A stretch of 64,000 nt of DNA from Patescibacteria group bacterium (GTDB lineage Bacteria; Patescibacteriota; Microgenomatia; JAMCZE01): positions 1,358 to 65,357 of the forward strand of contig JAMCZE010000004.1 in the NCBI GenBank assembly GCA_023485845.1, given 5' to 3'. Below the pieces are notes generated by a model. That model did no database searches and was not told the origin of the DNA. It worked only from the letters and a program-made list of their open reading frames with translations. Shown here one piece after another: positions 1-10,545 of the stretch. A program made the position numbers and the translations under genes. How positions within the stretch are numbered: position 1 is the first letter of the stretch; each line of letters starts with the position of its first letter.

Positions 1-753
1 TCTTGAAATTGTGGTTAATATGTCTTTCATCAATATCCCCTTACCGGTTCCGATGTTGAATTGGTTGCAACCGGCTAGATCGACGACTGCAAGGTGGGCC
101 AGGGCAATGTCTTCAACAAAGACATAGTCTCTTAGTTGATTACCGCCCCAGTATAAACGGATGGGGTCGTTGTTAATGATTGATTTAATCCAAAGGGGAA
201 CCGCTCTGGTTACCGGCTGTTGCTCGTCATTTGGACCATATGCATTGAAGTATCTTAGGGAAGTGCTATTAATACAGAAACTATGAAAGTAAGCGCTGAG
301 AGCAGCCTCGGCAGCTAGCTTAGAAGCTCCATATGGTTGCAGGGGGTTTTTCGGGGCTTCTTCCGAAATCGGGACCAATGCCGGCTCGCCGTAGACTGCT
401 GCCGATGATGAATTGACAATGTGCTTTACGCCGAGTTTTTTCATCGTTTCCAGAACGTTGATCAGGCCCATGACGTTTGTTTCAAAAAATCGCTTAGGTT
501 GTTGTAGTGAATATTTGATGATACTTTCGGCTGCAAAGTGAAAGACGGCGTCGGCCCCTTTCATGGCTCGACTAACATCACGTGGATTTCTGATGTCCCC
601 CAAAACAAACCTTGCTCTCGCATCGACGAAGCCCTTATGGCCATATGAAAGATTATCAAGCACCGTCACCGAAAAGTTATGATCACAAAGGAGCCTGACT
701 GTGTTCGACCCGATAAACCCGGCTCCGCCGGTAACTAAAATTTTTTGTTTCAT
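1..753 (-). CDS. NAD-dependent epimerase/dehydratase (UDP-glucose 4-epimerase-like), 3' end outside window
   Basis: Read manually (not in ORF track): MKQKILVTGGAGFIGS Rossmann motif from ATG 753; PYGASK catalytic YxxxK; LRYFNAYGP. Confidence 0.9.
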   Translation of the reverse strand, partial: MKQKILVTGGAGFIGSNTVRLLCDHNFSVTVLDNLSYGHKGFVDARARFVLGDIRNPRDVSRAMKGADAVFHFAAESIIKYSLQQPKRFFETNVMGLINVLETMKKLGVKHIVNSSSAAVYGEPALVPISEEAPKNPLQPYGASKLAAEAALSAYFHSFCINSTSLRYFNAYGPNDEQQPVTRAVPLWIKSIINNDPIRLYWGGNQLRDYVFVEDIALAHLAVVDLAGCNQFNIGTGKGILMKDILTTISR

Positions 754-785
754 TGGCCATTATTCTATTATAATTAGTCCGACGA

Positions 786-1292
786 ATGAATATCCTAATT
801 GTCACTCCGATTTTTTTGCCGGAAGCCAGAGGGCCTGCGCTTTATTGTTATAAGTTGTGCCAAAGGATAGATTCTAAAGTAATTACTTTTACGCAAGCCC
901 CCACCAACATAAAAAATGTTCCTATTTATTCAGTGCCGACCAATGGGGGACCGGTGGCCAGGCAGTGGCGGCTGGCAAGAGCGGTTTGGCATGAAGCTAG
1001 GGATTGCGATGTGATTTATGCCCAAGGGGCGGATGTGGTGGGGCTGGTGTCGGTGCTAGTTGGCAAAATTCTTAAGAAACCGACTGTGGTTAAATTCGTC
1101 GGCGATTTGCCGGCTGAAATAAGACGAGACTTTGGGCGAATGGCCCCATTGGAAACAGTGGCAACCTGGCTTTGTTTGCACTTAACCGACAAAATTATTT
1201 TCCCGGCCAAACATTTGCAGGAGGCGATTGTTAGAAAGTATCTGATTCCAAAATCTAAAACTGTTGTTATTTATAATGCTGTTGATGATTAA
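786..1292 (+). CDS. GT4 glycosyltransferase N-terminal domain (split gene, part 1)
   Basis: MNILIVTPIFLPEARGPA...DKIIFPAKHL...VIYNAVD is the GT-B N-terminal half only. Confidence 0.75.
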   Translation: MNILIVTPIFLPEARGPALYCYKLCQRIDSKVITFTQAPTNIKNVPIYSVPTNGGPVARQWRLARAVWHEARDCDVIYAQGADVVGLVSVLVGKILKKPTVVKFVGDLPAEIRRDFGRMAPLETVATWLCLHLTDKIIFPAKHLQEAIVRKYLIPKSKTVVIYNAVDD

Positions 1293-1824
1293 AGTTTGCG
1301 CCGGATTTTCCGAGCTGCTGCCGGTGAAAAATGTCGCCGGGGTTATTAATGCCTGCCGGAAGCTAGATGTGAAGTTGTGGATTGTTGGCGCCGGTGGAGA
1401 AGAGAGTCGGCTAAAGAGAATTGCCGGGAAAAATGTCAAGTTTTATGGCCGGGTTCCCAATGCCGCAGTCAGAAAGATAATGGGGAATTCTGATATTTTT
1501 GTTTTGAATTCCCTGCACGAAGGCATGCCGCACGCTCTTTTGGAGGCTTTGGCGGAGAAGGTGCCGGTTGTTGCCACTAAAATTCCGGCGGTGACGGAAA
1601 TTTTGACGGATGGAGAGACAGGGCTGCTGGTGGGACTGGGCAGCGACCAACAATTAACGGCGGCGATCAAACGCCTGGCCGGCGACCAGGCCCTGCGAAA
1701 GAAGTTAGCGGAAAATGGCCGAAAACTTTTTGAACAGAAGTTCACCTGGGCAAGCCATCTTCAGCAGCTATATAATGTTTTCGATGAAGCGGTTAATCGT
1801 TCTGTTGGCGGCAGTTCTTCTTAA
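1285..1824 (+). CDS. GT4 glycosyltransferase C-terminal domain (split gene, part 2)
   Basis: DIFVLNSLHEGMPHALLEALA ExxxxxxxE motif; ATG 1285 overlaps the upstream TAA (ATGATTAA). Confidence 0.8.
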   Translation: MIKVCAGFSELLPVKNVAGVINACRKLDVKLWIVGAGGEESRLKRIAGKNVKFYGRVPNAAVRKIMGNSDIFVLNSLHEGMPHALLEALAEKVPVVATKIPAVTEILTDGETGLLVGLGSDQQLTAAIKRLAGDQALRKKLAENGRKLFEQKFTWASHLQQLYNVFDEAVNRSVGGSSS

Positions 1825-3073
1825 AAGCCTGGTTTGGATGGCAGTAGTGCCTATCTGGCAGGCTCCGGACGAACAAGCACACTTTGCTCAATTGGAATAC
1901 ATGACAGAGAACAAAACTTTAAGTGTTCCCTCGCTTGACAATCTCTCCAAGGAAATTGCTGTTTCTGAACAGATTTTGGGGACTTTCCGGGATCAATTTG
2001 GCAATAATCAATACACTTATCATCCGGACTACAAAAATCATTCTTTAATTCCAGTGATGCCCATCTCCTGGCGGACAACCTATGTTGGTCGGGAAGCCGC
2101 CGGTTACCCGCCGTTGTATTACCAATTAGCCGAACCCTTTTATAACGCAGTCTACAGCCACAATCTGGTGGATCGGGTGATGGCGGCCAGGATCGTGTCA
2201 GTGATTTGCGTCGTGATTCTAGCAGCGGTGGCCTATCAGATTGGGGGTCTGGTTTTGGCAGTTTTGGTCAGTTTCCAGCCGATGATTTCCTTTGTGGCGG
2301 CCGGTGTTCATCCTGATAATCTGCTTAATTTGCTTTGCTCGTTGGCGATCTGGATGTGCCTTCTAATTTTAAAAAATGGCTTAAGGTGGAAGTATTTGGC
2401 TTTTCTGGCTCTCTCGGTTTTTCTGGCTTGGGAGACAAAGATCTTAATTGTGTTTATGCTACCTGTAATGGGAGCGGTGATTGCCTATAAACTTTTTCGG
2501 GAAACAAAACTGGCCATTTTCTTGGCGACTTTATGTTTGATTGTCCCGGTGGGTGCTTTTGTTTGGCAGTGGACGATTCCCTATATGCCGGTGGTCACCG
2601 TTGCCAGCCCTTTGGCAGGCATGAATTTTGTGGACTACATGAAATTTCGCGGTCCGAAATTGCTGTTTGAAATGTGGCCCTGGTATTGGGGCGTTTTCAA
2701 ATGGCTAGGAGTGACTTTGCCACCATTAGTAATGAAAGTGATCACACGGATTGCTATTCTAGGAGTAATCGGCTTGGGAGTTAGGTTAGTGATAGATAAA
2801 AATAAAAAAATTCTTATCTTCTTTATTCTTGCTTCTAGTTCCTATCTCCTTTATCTCGTTTTGTGGGATTGGCGCCTCATGCAGGCGATCGGCTTTTCCC
2901 AAGGACTCCAGGGCCGTTATCTTTTCCCCAATATCATCCCGCAGATGGCCTTGCTTCTGGCCGGATTAACCGTGTTTAAGCGCTTTGAGAAGCAAATTAG
3001 CACTCTGTTAGTTGTGGGGATGGTCGCCTTGAACATGGTTGCTCTTTACACAGTGTTCCAGAGTTATCATTAA
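1784..3073 (+). CDS. DUF2142-like / GT-C-type multi-pass membrane protein
   Basis: WQAPDEQAH, YPPLYY, QGRYLFP motifs; many TM segments. Confidence 0.7.
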   Translation: MKRLIVLLAAVLLKSLVWMAVVPIWQAPDEQAHFAQLEYMTENKTLSVPSLDNLSKEIAVSEQILGTFRDQFGNNQYTYHPDYKNHSLIPVMPISWRTTYVGREAAGYPPLYYQLAEPFYNAVYSHNLVDRVMAARIVSVICVVILAAVAYQIGGLVLAVLVSFQPMISFVAAGVHPDNLLNLLCSLAIWMCLLILKNGLRWKYLAFLALSVFLAWETKILIVFMLPVMGAVIAYKLFRETKLAIFLATLCLIVPVGAFVWQWTIPYMPVVTVASPLAGMNFVDYMKFRGPKLLFEMWPWYWGVFKWLGVTLPPLVMKVITRIAILGVIGLGVRLVIDKNKKILIFFILASSSYLLYLVLWDWRLMQAIGFSQGLQGRYLFPNIIPQMALLLAGLTVFKRFEKQISTLLVVGMVALNMVALYTVFQSYH

Positions 3074-3074
3074 T

Positions 3075-4607
3075 ATGAAATCGCACCTTTTTCAACTTCT
3101 GCTGGTTCTTCTGGCACTTACCCTGCCGACAATCGGAACCTATTATTTTGGATCCAATGGCATGTATGAATGCCACGATTCTATTATGAGTCCGGTGCGG
3201 CTCTATCATCTTGGAGAGGCTTTGAAACTGGGAATAGTGATGCCTAATTGGCTGCCGACCCTGGCCTCGGGGTTTGGCTCGCCGATTTTTCTTTTCTCCT
3301 GGTTTCTGCCCTATTATTTGGGTGTCCCTCTCCACATGTTGGGCCTAAGTTTGCTGGATGCCACGAAGGTTCTTTTTCTTTTGTCCTGGCTAGCTTCCGG
3401 CGTGGCCATCTATCTGCTGGCAAGAAGATTAACCAGTCATTGGTCGGCGCTGGCGGCCGTTGGCTTTTATCTGCTGGCTCCGTTTCACCTTAATGCCACC
3501 TTTACCCGCTGCAGTTTGGGCGAATCTTGGGCGCTGGTCCTGGTGCCATTGATATTTTTCTTCTTACTTTCCAAAACCCGACGGGCCTTCTTTCTGGCAG
3601 TTTTATCATTGTCTGCCCTGGCCTTGACTCATAACCTTGATTTTATTTTTACTTTGGGCCTGTTGGGTTTGTGGGCAATCTTCTCCCCGGACAGGAAAAG
3701 AGTTATTGTGGTGGCTTTGTTTTCTCTAGGCCTGTCCTGTTTTTTCTGGTTGCCAGCTCTGGCAGAACAGTCCTATCTGCACTATCCCTATTTAGTTAAA
3801 GGAACCTTCCTGCACCAATTTCCGACTTTGTCGGCGCTTTTTAATTCTCCCTGGCAATATGGACCGCCCCTTCCCGAAGACCAAATTCACTCATTATCCT
3901 TTCAATTGGGAAAAATTCACTGGCTAATTATTGCGACGATTCCCCTGATACTTTGGCGCGTCAGAAAGAAAGTGGTCGTTTTTTTGGCTGGTGCTCTTGG
4001 TCTGTCAATTTTTCTCCAATTAAAAATCAGTCTGCCGGTTTGGGATGCCATCCAGGCAATGCAAATTATTGTTTTTCCCTGGCGGCTGCAGTTGGTGACG
4101 ATCTTTGCCGTGGCTCTGTTGGCAGCGTTCCTAGTGAATATTTTGCCCCGACAAAAAATTTTCCTGTTAATTTTTTTGGCTCTTTTGTTGATTGCCAACC
4201 GAAATCATTTTTATCTGCCATTAGGGGATTATGGAGCGGATTCGTATATTGCCCATCTGGATCATGATGGCAGTTCTTGGGGAGAGTATCTGCCGCTTTG
4301 GGTGCCATTGGGCCAGCCTCGAGAGAAAGCTGCTTTGGTGCCGGAATTTTTTCAAGCCGATAAGGCGATGGCGGTGACCGTTGACCGTTATTATTTCCCC
4401 GGCTGGAGAGGTTATCTTGATGGCAAGGAAATTGTCCTTTGGCCAAGCGAGGGAAAAATAACTTTCTGGCTGCCCCCAGGTCAACACCGGCTGACACTGG
4501 TGTTTGGGCAGACGCCGATCCGACAATTGACCACTTTAATTTCCGCTGTTTTCGCTTTATGTTTAATAGGGCTATGGGCAAAAAAATCTCGGCCGTTGGC
4601 ACGGTAA
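3075..4607 (+). CDS. PTPS-related/YfhO-like membrane protein (GT-C-like)
   Basis: HD...RL, GFGSPIFLF, FPWRL, GEYLP, YYFPGW motifs; multi-TM. Confidence 0.7.
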   Translation: MKSHLFQLLLVLLALTLPTIGTYYFGSNGMYECHDSIMSPVRLYHLGEALKLGIVMPNWLPTLASGFGSPIFLFSWFLPYYLGVPLHMLGLSLLDATKVLFLLSWLASGVAIYLLARRLTSHWSALAAVGFYLLAPFHLNATFTRCSLGESWALVLVPLIFFFLLSKTRRAFFLAVLSLSALALTHNLDFIFTLGLLGLWAIFSPDRKRVIVVALFSLGLSCFFWLPALAEQSYLHYPYLVKGTFLHQFPTLSALFNSPWQYGPPLPEDQIHSLSFQLGKIHWLIIATIPLILWRVRKKVVVFLAGALGLSIFLQLKISLPVWDAIQAMQIIVFPWRLQLVTIFAVALLAAFLVNILPRQKIFLLIFLALLLIANRNHFYLPLGDYGADSYIAHLDHDGSSWGEYLPLWVPLGQPREKAALVPEFFQADKAMAVTVDRYYFPGWRGYLDGKEIVLWPSEGKITFWLPPGQHRLTLVFGQTPIRQLTTLISAVFALCLIGLWAKKSRPLAR

Positions 4608-5989
4608 TTATCATTTCCATTTTCTTCCGGTTTTTCCGTTTTCCACAGCTGTTTCATTGGACGATGGATGAGGATTTTTGGAGTTATCTGCCGCAAAACA
4701 TCGCCACCGGCTATCATTTCCCGGCGATCGGTGGCCACATCGGCGGCACCGGCCTCTATTCCGGCCCGACGTTTATCTATTTGATGGCCATCCCCGCTAA
4801 AATTTTTTCTGGTAACCCCTTGGGGTTTGGAATTTTGGTGGCGGCGATCGGAGTGTTGACGGCCTATCTAATGTATCTGGTGGGGCGCAGAATGTTTGGT
4901 CTGGCGGTGGGCCTGCTGGCCTCGTTTTTATACTCTTCCTCTTTTCTGATGGCCATTTTTGACCGGCACTATTGGAATGCCTCCCTGACTCCTATCCTGT
5001 CTCTGTTAACTATCTGGTTCGTTTGGGAAGTCCACCAGAAACGTCTCAAATTCGTTATCCCTTTGGCCCTGGAATTGGTGCTGGCCTTTCATGCCCACGG
5101 AACGGGGATGGCACTGCTTATTTTCACTGCCTTGGCCTGGATTTTTTTCCGATTGCCGGTTCGGAGTCGTTGGGTGGCGGCGGGAGTGGGAATCTTTCTC
5201 TTGTTTCAATTGCCGCTGGTTTTCTTTGACGTCCGGCATGACTGGCAAAACACTCGGGCCCTGGCTTCCTATCTGACCACCAGCAAAGGAGGAACGGTGC
5301 CGCTGACTGCCCGAGTGGGGAATGTGGCCCAGGGTTTTGTCTCTGCCGGTTCCCGGCTGGTCTATTTTCCCGCCAAAGACCTGGCCATTGAACAAACGCT
5401 GGGATTGGCTCCCCAATATGCCGCCCTTAAGGGCCAGGCGCCCCTTTGGGCCAGCGCCTTTTTTGCTGTGGCTTTGCTGGCCGCTTTCTTTCTCCCACAA
5501 GCCAGAATGATGCTTCTTTTGGTTGGCTCAACTTTGGTCGGGCTGTTGATTTATAAAGAAAAGATTCCGGAGTATTTTTTTAGTCCCACGTTTGTCCCGT
5601 TATTTTTTATCTTTGCCCTCTTTTTAAAACGGATCGCCCGGCCGTTAACTGTTTTATTTCTTATAATATTTTTCTGCCTTAATCTAAATAATTTGCTGAC
5701 AGTCAAACACACTTTTGGCTATCCCACCCGGCTGGCGGCGGTGCAGGAAGCAATCGCGCAAGTGGGGAATAAACCCTTTGTCCTGGAGGCTAAGTGCGCC
5801 GGCTTTTGCCAGCTGTATGGCTTTCGCTATCTGTTCACCTATTTGCACCACGAACCGGTGGCTTCTTATGTTGACTCCACTTTTCTTTGGCTCTATCAGG
5901 ACCGGTTGCCAAAAGTTGCCCCGCAAAAAAAAGTTCTGTTGAATATGGCTGATGGCAAGGTCAATGTTTATGTTTCTGATTATCGCTAG
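4574..5989 (+). CDS. ArnT/PMT-like GT-C glycosyltransferase
   Basis: TM1 followed by MDED acidic motif, GPTFIYL, WNASL; multi-TM. Confidence 0.75.
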   Translation: MGKKISAVGTVIIISIFFRFFRFPQLFHWTMDEDFWSYLPQNIATGYHFPAIGGHIGGTGLYSGPTFIYLMAIPAKIFSGNPLGFGILVAAIGVLTAYLMYLVGRRMFGLAVGLLASFLYSSSFLMAIFDRHYWNASLTPILSLLTIWFVWEVHQKRLKFVIPLALELVLAFHAHGTGMALLIFTALAWIFFRLPVRSRWVAAGVGIFLLFQLPLVFFDVRHDWQNTRALASYLTTSKGGTVPLTARVGNVAQGFVSAGSRLVYFPAKDLAIEQTLGLAPQYAALKGQAPLWASAFFAVALLAAFFLPQARMMLLLVGSTLVGLLIYKEKIPEYFFSPTFVPLFFIFALFLKRIARPLTVLFLIIFFCLNLNNLLTVKHTFGYPTRLAAVQEAIAQVGNKPFVLEAKCAGFCQLYGFRYLFTYLHHEPVASYVDSTFLWLYQDRLPKVAPQKKVLLNMADGKVNVYVSDYR

Positions 5990-7259
5990 CGTTATCTATT
6001 TCATTTCCCGCGGCTGGAATCTGCTGTCCCTGCCGGTGTTTATCGATGAGGCCATATATCTGCGCTGGGCCCAGGACATTATTCATCATGGTTTAATTTG
6101 GGTGTCTTTTTCCGATGGCAAAGAGCCGCTGTTTATCTGGGTGTTGGCGCTTTTTTCCAAATTTATTGCCGACCCGCTTTTGGCCGGGCGGCTGGTGAAT
6201 GTGGTCTCCGGCTGGGGGTTGATGATGGGTGTTTATCTGCTGGCAAAACGATTGCTTAACCAAAAGGCGGCCATTCTGGCGGTGATTCTATATCTCACCA
6301 GCCCGTTTATTCTGTTCTATAACCGGATTGCCTTGCTGGATAATTTTCTGGTTTTTCTGGGGTGCTTTTATTTGCTTTTCCTGGTCAAAAAAAAGCATTT
6401 TTTGGCCGGGGTGTTTCTCGGTCTGGCTCTGATCACCAAGACTAATGCCTTCATTTTTCTGATCGCCCTGCCGTTTTTTTGGCCGGCGCCATCGTTCTTT
6501 CTCGGGCTGGGGCTGGTCTATCTGCCGGTGTTTTTTGCCCCGGGCTACCACAATGTTTTTTCTAAGGACCAAAGTGTTTTCCTGGCATTTTCTCCGGGAC
6601 TCTTCTGGCCGAATTTTAAGATGAGTTTGCGCGACTGGTGGCTTATCTATTTCGGAGCGATTCCTCTTTTGGCGGCCCTTTTGGGCAGTGTCCAGTCGGT
6701 TTTTTTGGCGGCCCTGCTTTTTGGGCCCTGGCTGGTGGAGGCGGCCGTCGGCAAGATTTTCTTTCCTCGCTACCTATTGTTTATGGCCATCCCCGTTTTT
6801 CTTCTGGCGGCCAATTTCCTCCAGCGGCTGCCGCGAAAATTATTAATTGTGTTTTTTCTAATCGCCGTTGCCCAACCGCTGGTTTTATCCAGCTGGATTT
6901 TAAAAGATGTTGCCAGTGCGCCGATTCCGGTGGTGGAGCGGTGGCAATATCTGGAAGGCTGGCCGGCCGGCTATGGCAGTGACCAGCTGGTTAGCTTCCT
7001 GCAGATAAAAGCGAAACAAAAGTCCATCATTGTTGTCACGGAAGAGTTTGGCTTGAATGAAATTCTAAAACTTAAATTTTATGATGATAAAAACGTCACC
7101 GTTAAAACTTTTTCCGGCCTTAACGACCCGATTGCCGGGGACTATCTGGCGCTGACCTACTATTCTCAACCGTCGCCGATCTGGCCGGTGCGGGAAATCG
7201 GCAGCGTCTGTAAGGTACAATGTAAGAATACCATTCGCCTTTATGAAATTACGCGCTAG
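5964..7259 (+). CDS. ArnT/PMT-like GT-C glycosyltransferase
   Basis: PVFIDEAIY, KEPLFIW, PRYLL motifs; start may be 5964 or 5970. Confidence 0.8.
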   Translation: MFMFLIIASVIYFISRGWNLLSLPVFIDEAIYLRWAQDIIHHGLIWVSFSDGKEPLFIWVLALFSKFIADPLLAGRLVNVVSGWGLMMGVYLLAKRLLNQKAAILAVILYLTSPFILFYNRIALLDNFLVFLGCFYLLFLVKKKHFLAGVFLGLALITKTNAFIFLIALPFFWPAPSFFLGLGLVYLPVFFAPGYHNVFSKDQSVFLAFSPGLFWPNFKMSLRDWWLIYFGAIPLLAALLGSVQSVFLAALLFGPWLVEAAVGKIFFPRYLLFMAIPVFLLAANFLQRLPRKLLIVFFLIAVAQPLVLSSWILKDVASAPIPVVERWQYLEGWPAGYGSDQLVSFLQIKAKQKSIIVVTEEFGLNEILKLKFYDDKNVTVKTFSGLNDPIAGDYLALTYYSQPSPIWPVREIGSVCKVQCKNTIRLYEITR

Positions 7260-8451
7260 TTGGTGGCAAAGCGGCCTTATGGGAACGGGGACTGTGGTCA
7301 ATTCCCTGCTGGGGTTGGGGTTTTATGTCCTGGTGGCCCGGGGACTGGGAGTGGCCGCCTTTGGTTATTTCTCTTTCCTGCTTGGCCTGGGGATGTTGGC
7401 CTCGGAACTGGGGGACTTAGGCGTTTCCAGTGCCCTGGTGCGTTTTGGCGCCAGGGCAAAGTTTCCGGCGGCATTTTCCCTGGCCACGGCCCAGCGGCTG
7501 ACGGTGAGTTTAGCTATTATTTTGATTTTTCTTGTCGCCTCGATGGTTTTTGACCATCGGTTAATTTACAGCGCCGCGGTGGCGGTCACCCTGTTGTTAG
7601 TCAACCTGATCACCCAGTCCTTTATCGCCCAGGAAAAATATCCCTGGTTTGTGGCGGTGAACATCGGCGGCAACACTGCCCGGTTAGCCTTAACGGCCTG
7701 GTTGATGTTTGCCGCACTGTTGACTCCCACCTCGGCCTTGGTGGTTTTCTGCCTGGGAGGAGCCTTTTCATTTTTGCCGGGTTTAGCTTGGCTGGTGGTT
7801 TGCTACCGCCGGAAACTTTTCGATCTATCCGGGGCCAAAGCCCAACTGTTGGACTTTTTCCACTTTTCCAAGTGGCTGGCGGCTTCTTTCGGGGTGGTGT
7901 CCCTGTCTTCCCGGCTGGACATCCCCATTGTTTTTGCCTTGGCCGGGCCGGCGGCGGCGGGAATCTATTCTTCCGCCCAAAAATTAACGTCCTTTTTGCC
8001 GCAAATCAGCGCTAACCTGGAGGGCGTTTTTGCTCCCAAGTTCGCCAATGCCACCGCCTTCAAGCGCGATTTTCGCGATTTTTTGGTGGTCTCCGTTCTA
8101 ATTTCCCTGGGCCTTTTGGCAGCGATTTTTCTGGCCCCGTTACTGATCACCCTGGTTTTTGGGGCATCCTATCAAGCGTCAATTCCCATTTTCCAACTGC
8201 TGCTGGTGGGATTGGCCGTTTTTTTCCTGTTTGGCCCGGCCAACAGCGCCGTAGTCTACCGGTTTTCCCGGCCGAATTTTCATCTTATTGGTTCCGTTAT
8301 CCAGCTGATCGTCTCCCTAGCACTCTATTTTGCCTTGGTGCCGTCGTTAGGAGCCGCCGGAGCGGCTCTGGCAGCAATCGCTTCTAACATCGCCGCGTTG
8401 ATTTTCTTCTGGACGCTGTTTTTGCGCCTTTCCCAGTCCTATGAACCATAA
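7243..8451 (+). CDS. Wzx-like oligosaccharide flippase
   Basis: About 12 TM helices, ARGLG..FG, GIYSSAQKL, G..GAALA pattern. Confidence 0.8.
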   Translation: MKLRASWWQSGLMGTGTVVNSLLGLGFYVLVARGLGVAAFGYFSFLLGLGMLASELGDLGVSSALVRFGARAKFPAAFSLATAQRLTVSLAIILIFLVASMVFDHRLIYSAAVAVTLLLVNLITQSFIAQEKYPWFVAVNIGGNTARLALTAWLMFAALLTPTSALVVFCLGGAFSFLPGLAWLVVCYRRKLFDLSGAKAQLLDFFHFSKWLAASFGVVSLSSRLDIPIVFALAGPAAAGIYSSAQKLTSFLPQISANLEGVFAPKFANATAFKRDFRDFLVVSVLISLGLLAAIFLAPLLITLVFGASYQASIPIFQLLLVGLAVFFLFGPANSAVVYRFSRPNFHLIGSVIQLIVSLALYFALVPSLGAAGAALAAIASNIAALIFFWTLFLRLSQSYEP

Positions 8452-9196
8452 ACCCACCGTTACCGGCCACTGTCTGGTTAAAAATGAGGACCGGTTTGTC
8501 TGGTTTGCGATTAACTCCGTTTTGCCCTATTTGGACAAGCTTTTAATTTATGACACCGGCTCGGTGGACCGGACGGTGGAAATTATTAAATCCATAAACA
8601 GCCCTAAGATTATTTTTGAAGAGAAGGGGGCGGTGACAGCCGAAGGAATCGTCAAATTGCGCAATGAAATGATTGCCAGAACCAAAACGGACTGGTTCTT
8701 TCTGCTTGACGGTGACGAGGTTTGGAACTTCGGGCAGATAAAAGACTACCTGGATTTCACCCTGGGGCAGCCAAAAAACATATTGGCCACTTTTTTGCAC
8801 ACGCGAAATTGTGCTGGGGATGTTTATCATTATCGTGACGAGTCGTCCGGCCGGTATGAAATTGCCGGCCGACGGGGACACTTAAACATCCGCGCCTATC
8901 GCCAAAGCGTCCGCTGGCAGGGTGTTTATCCGCTGGAGTGGGCGGTGGATTCTGCTGACCAAAAAGCCCTGGCGTTTTTTGCCGGCTATTATTGGCACCT
9001 GACCCATCTGCGCCGTTCCTCGGTTCCGGCCCCGACGATGGGTTTTCGCAAGCATATCTATGACTTCGGGATTGCCGCCGATCCGAAGAATTTGCCGGAA
9101 GTTTTTGCCAATCATCCTCAACCCCGGCGAGGTTTTTCTTATCTGGCAATTGCCCTTTTGGAAACGCCGCTGAAAAAAATCAAGAGAAAGTTATGA
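8441..9196 (+). CDS. GT2 glycosyltransferase
   Basis: VKNE, DTGSVDRT, LDGDE motifs. Confidence 0.9.
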   Translation: MNHKPTVTGHCLVKNEDRFVWFAINSVLPYLDKLLIYDTGSVDRTVEIIKSINSPKIIFEEKGAVTAEGIVKLRNEMIARTKTDWFFLLDGDEVWNFGQIKDYLDFTLGQPKNILATFLHTRNCAGDVYHYRDESSGRYEIAGRRGHLNIRAYRQSVRWQGVYPLEWAVDSADQKALAFFAGYYWHLTHLRRSSVPAPTMGFRKHIYDFGIAADPKNLPEVFANHPQPRRGFSYLAIALLETPLKKIKRKL

Positions 9197-10545
9197 AATT
9201 AGTCGTCCTCATTTTTCTGTTTTGGACACTGGCGGTTTTTGCCATTTTCCAGGGAAAGCATTTTCGGGAATACCAAACCTTCGGGTTAGACACCGGTTTT
9301 TTTGACCAGTTAATTTATGAAGCTTCCAAGGGAAACTTCACCGTTAGCACGATTAGCCAATGGTCGCTGTGGACCGACCATTTTGAACCGATTCTGCTGG
9401 CTTTTGTGCCGTTATATTGGCTTACCCCAAATATTAATTGGTTATTCTTGGGAGAAGCAGCGGTGTTTGCGGCCTCAATCTTTCCGCTTTATCTTCTGGC
9501 CAAAAAAGTTACCAGCTCGCAGCTTTTTTCTTACAGCCTCATTATTGCTTATTTATTTTTGGTGCCCACCCAACATGGCTTGTTTGACGGGTTTGCCTCC
9601 CAAGTGTTCGTGGCCCCATTTCTGGCCCTGGCCTATTGGGCCCTGGAGTCAAAGAAGAATAAACTGTTGATTTTTAGCCTCGTCGGGCTATTTCTTGTTA
9701 AGGAGGAATTTAGCTTATTGATTGCCGGGTTGGGGATGATTGCCTTTCTTTTCTATAAGCGAAGGCGGCTTGGGGTGTTAATGATGCTAGCGGGGATGGC
9801 TGGCTTTGTGTTCCTCACCCGGGTTTTTGATCCTTGGATTTCGCCCGGCAACCTCAATTATGCCCATCAGAATGTCGGTTATGGCCAGGCGCTAAATATT
9901 CTGGCCCGTCCCTATCTTATTCCTTTGGCCTACGTTGACTCACCAATTAAACTGCAAACAATGCTGACCCATTTTGCCGGTTTTGCTTTCCTGCCGCTGC
10001 TGTCGCCAATTAATCTGCTGCTGCTTTTTGAGCAATATGGCCAGCGGTTTATTAACACCAGCGAGCCGCTTAAATGGCTGGCCCACGACTTTGCGTTTGG
10101 GCCAATTCTTCTGATCAGCGCCGCCTATGGGGTGGGCAAGGTGGCCGGACGAAAAGCGGTGGCGCTGTCACTTTTAGTCGTAGTCGTTGCCCTGGCAGGG
10201 GACCTGCTTCTCCACGGGCCGGTTAATTCGCTGTTAAAGCCCGATTTCTATCAGACACCGTCTTGGGCCAAAGATAACAACCAAATTCTCGCGCTGGTGC
10301 CGGCGGGCACCTCGGTGGCTGCCAACAATTCCTTAGTGGCGCACCTGTCCGAGCGGCCACAAATTTATCTTTTGCCCAACGTTAACCGCGCCGATTATGT
10401 GGTGGCGGACTTGCACGGCGGCCCCAACGCCTATGCCCCGATCGATCAGGAAACGACGAGAAGTTTAGTTAGTTGGTTGGTTAGTAGCCGGCAATATCAA
10501 CAAGTTGCTAAAATAGGGCAAGCGGTGCTTTTGAAACGAACATGA
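9193..10545 (+). CDS. DUF2079-like membrane protein (GT-C-like)
   Basis: DTGFFDQ, DHFEPIL, KEE, HLSER motifs. Confidence 0.75.
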   Translation: MKLVVLIFLFWTLAVFAIFQGKHFREYQTFGLDTGFFDQLIYEASKGNFTVSTISQWSLWTDHFEPILLAFVPLYWLTPNINWLFLGEAAVFAASIFPLYLLAKKVTSSQLFSYSLIIAYLFLVPTQHGLFDGFASQVFVAPFLALAYWALESKKNKLLIFSLVGLFLVKEEFSLLIAGLGMIAFLFYKRRRLGVLMMLAGMAGFVFLTRVFDPWISPGNLNYAHQNVGYGQALNILARPYLIPLAYVDSPIKLQTMLTHFAGFAFLPLLSPINLLLLFEQYGQRFINTSEPLKWLAHDFAFGPILLISAAYGVGKVAGRKAVALSLLVVVVALAGDLLLHGPVNSLLKPDFYQTPSWAKDNNQILALVPAGTSVAANNSLVAHLSERPQIYLLPNVNRADYVVADLHGGPNAYAPIDQETTRSLVSWLVSSRQYQQVAKIGQAVLLKRT

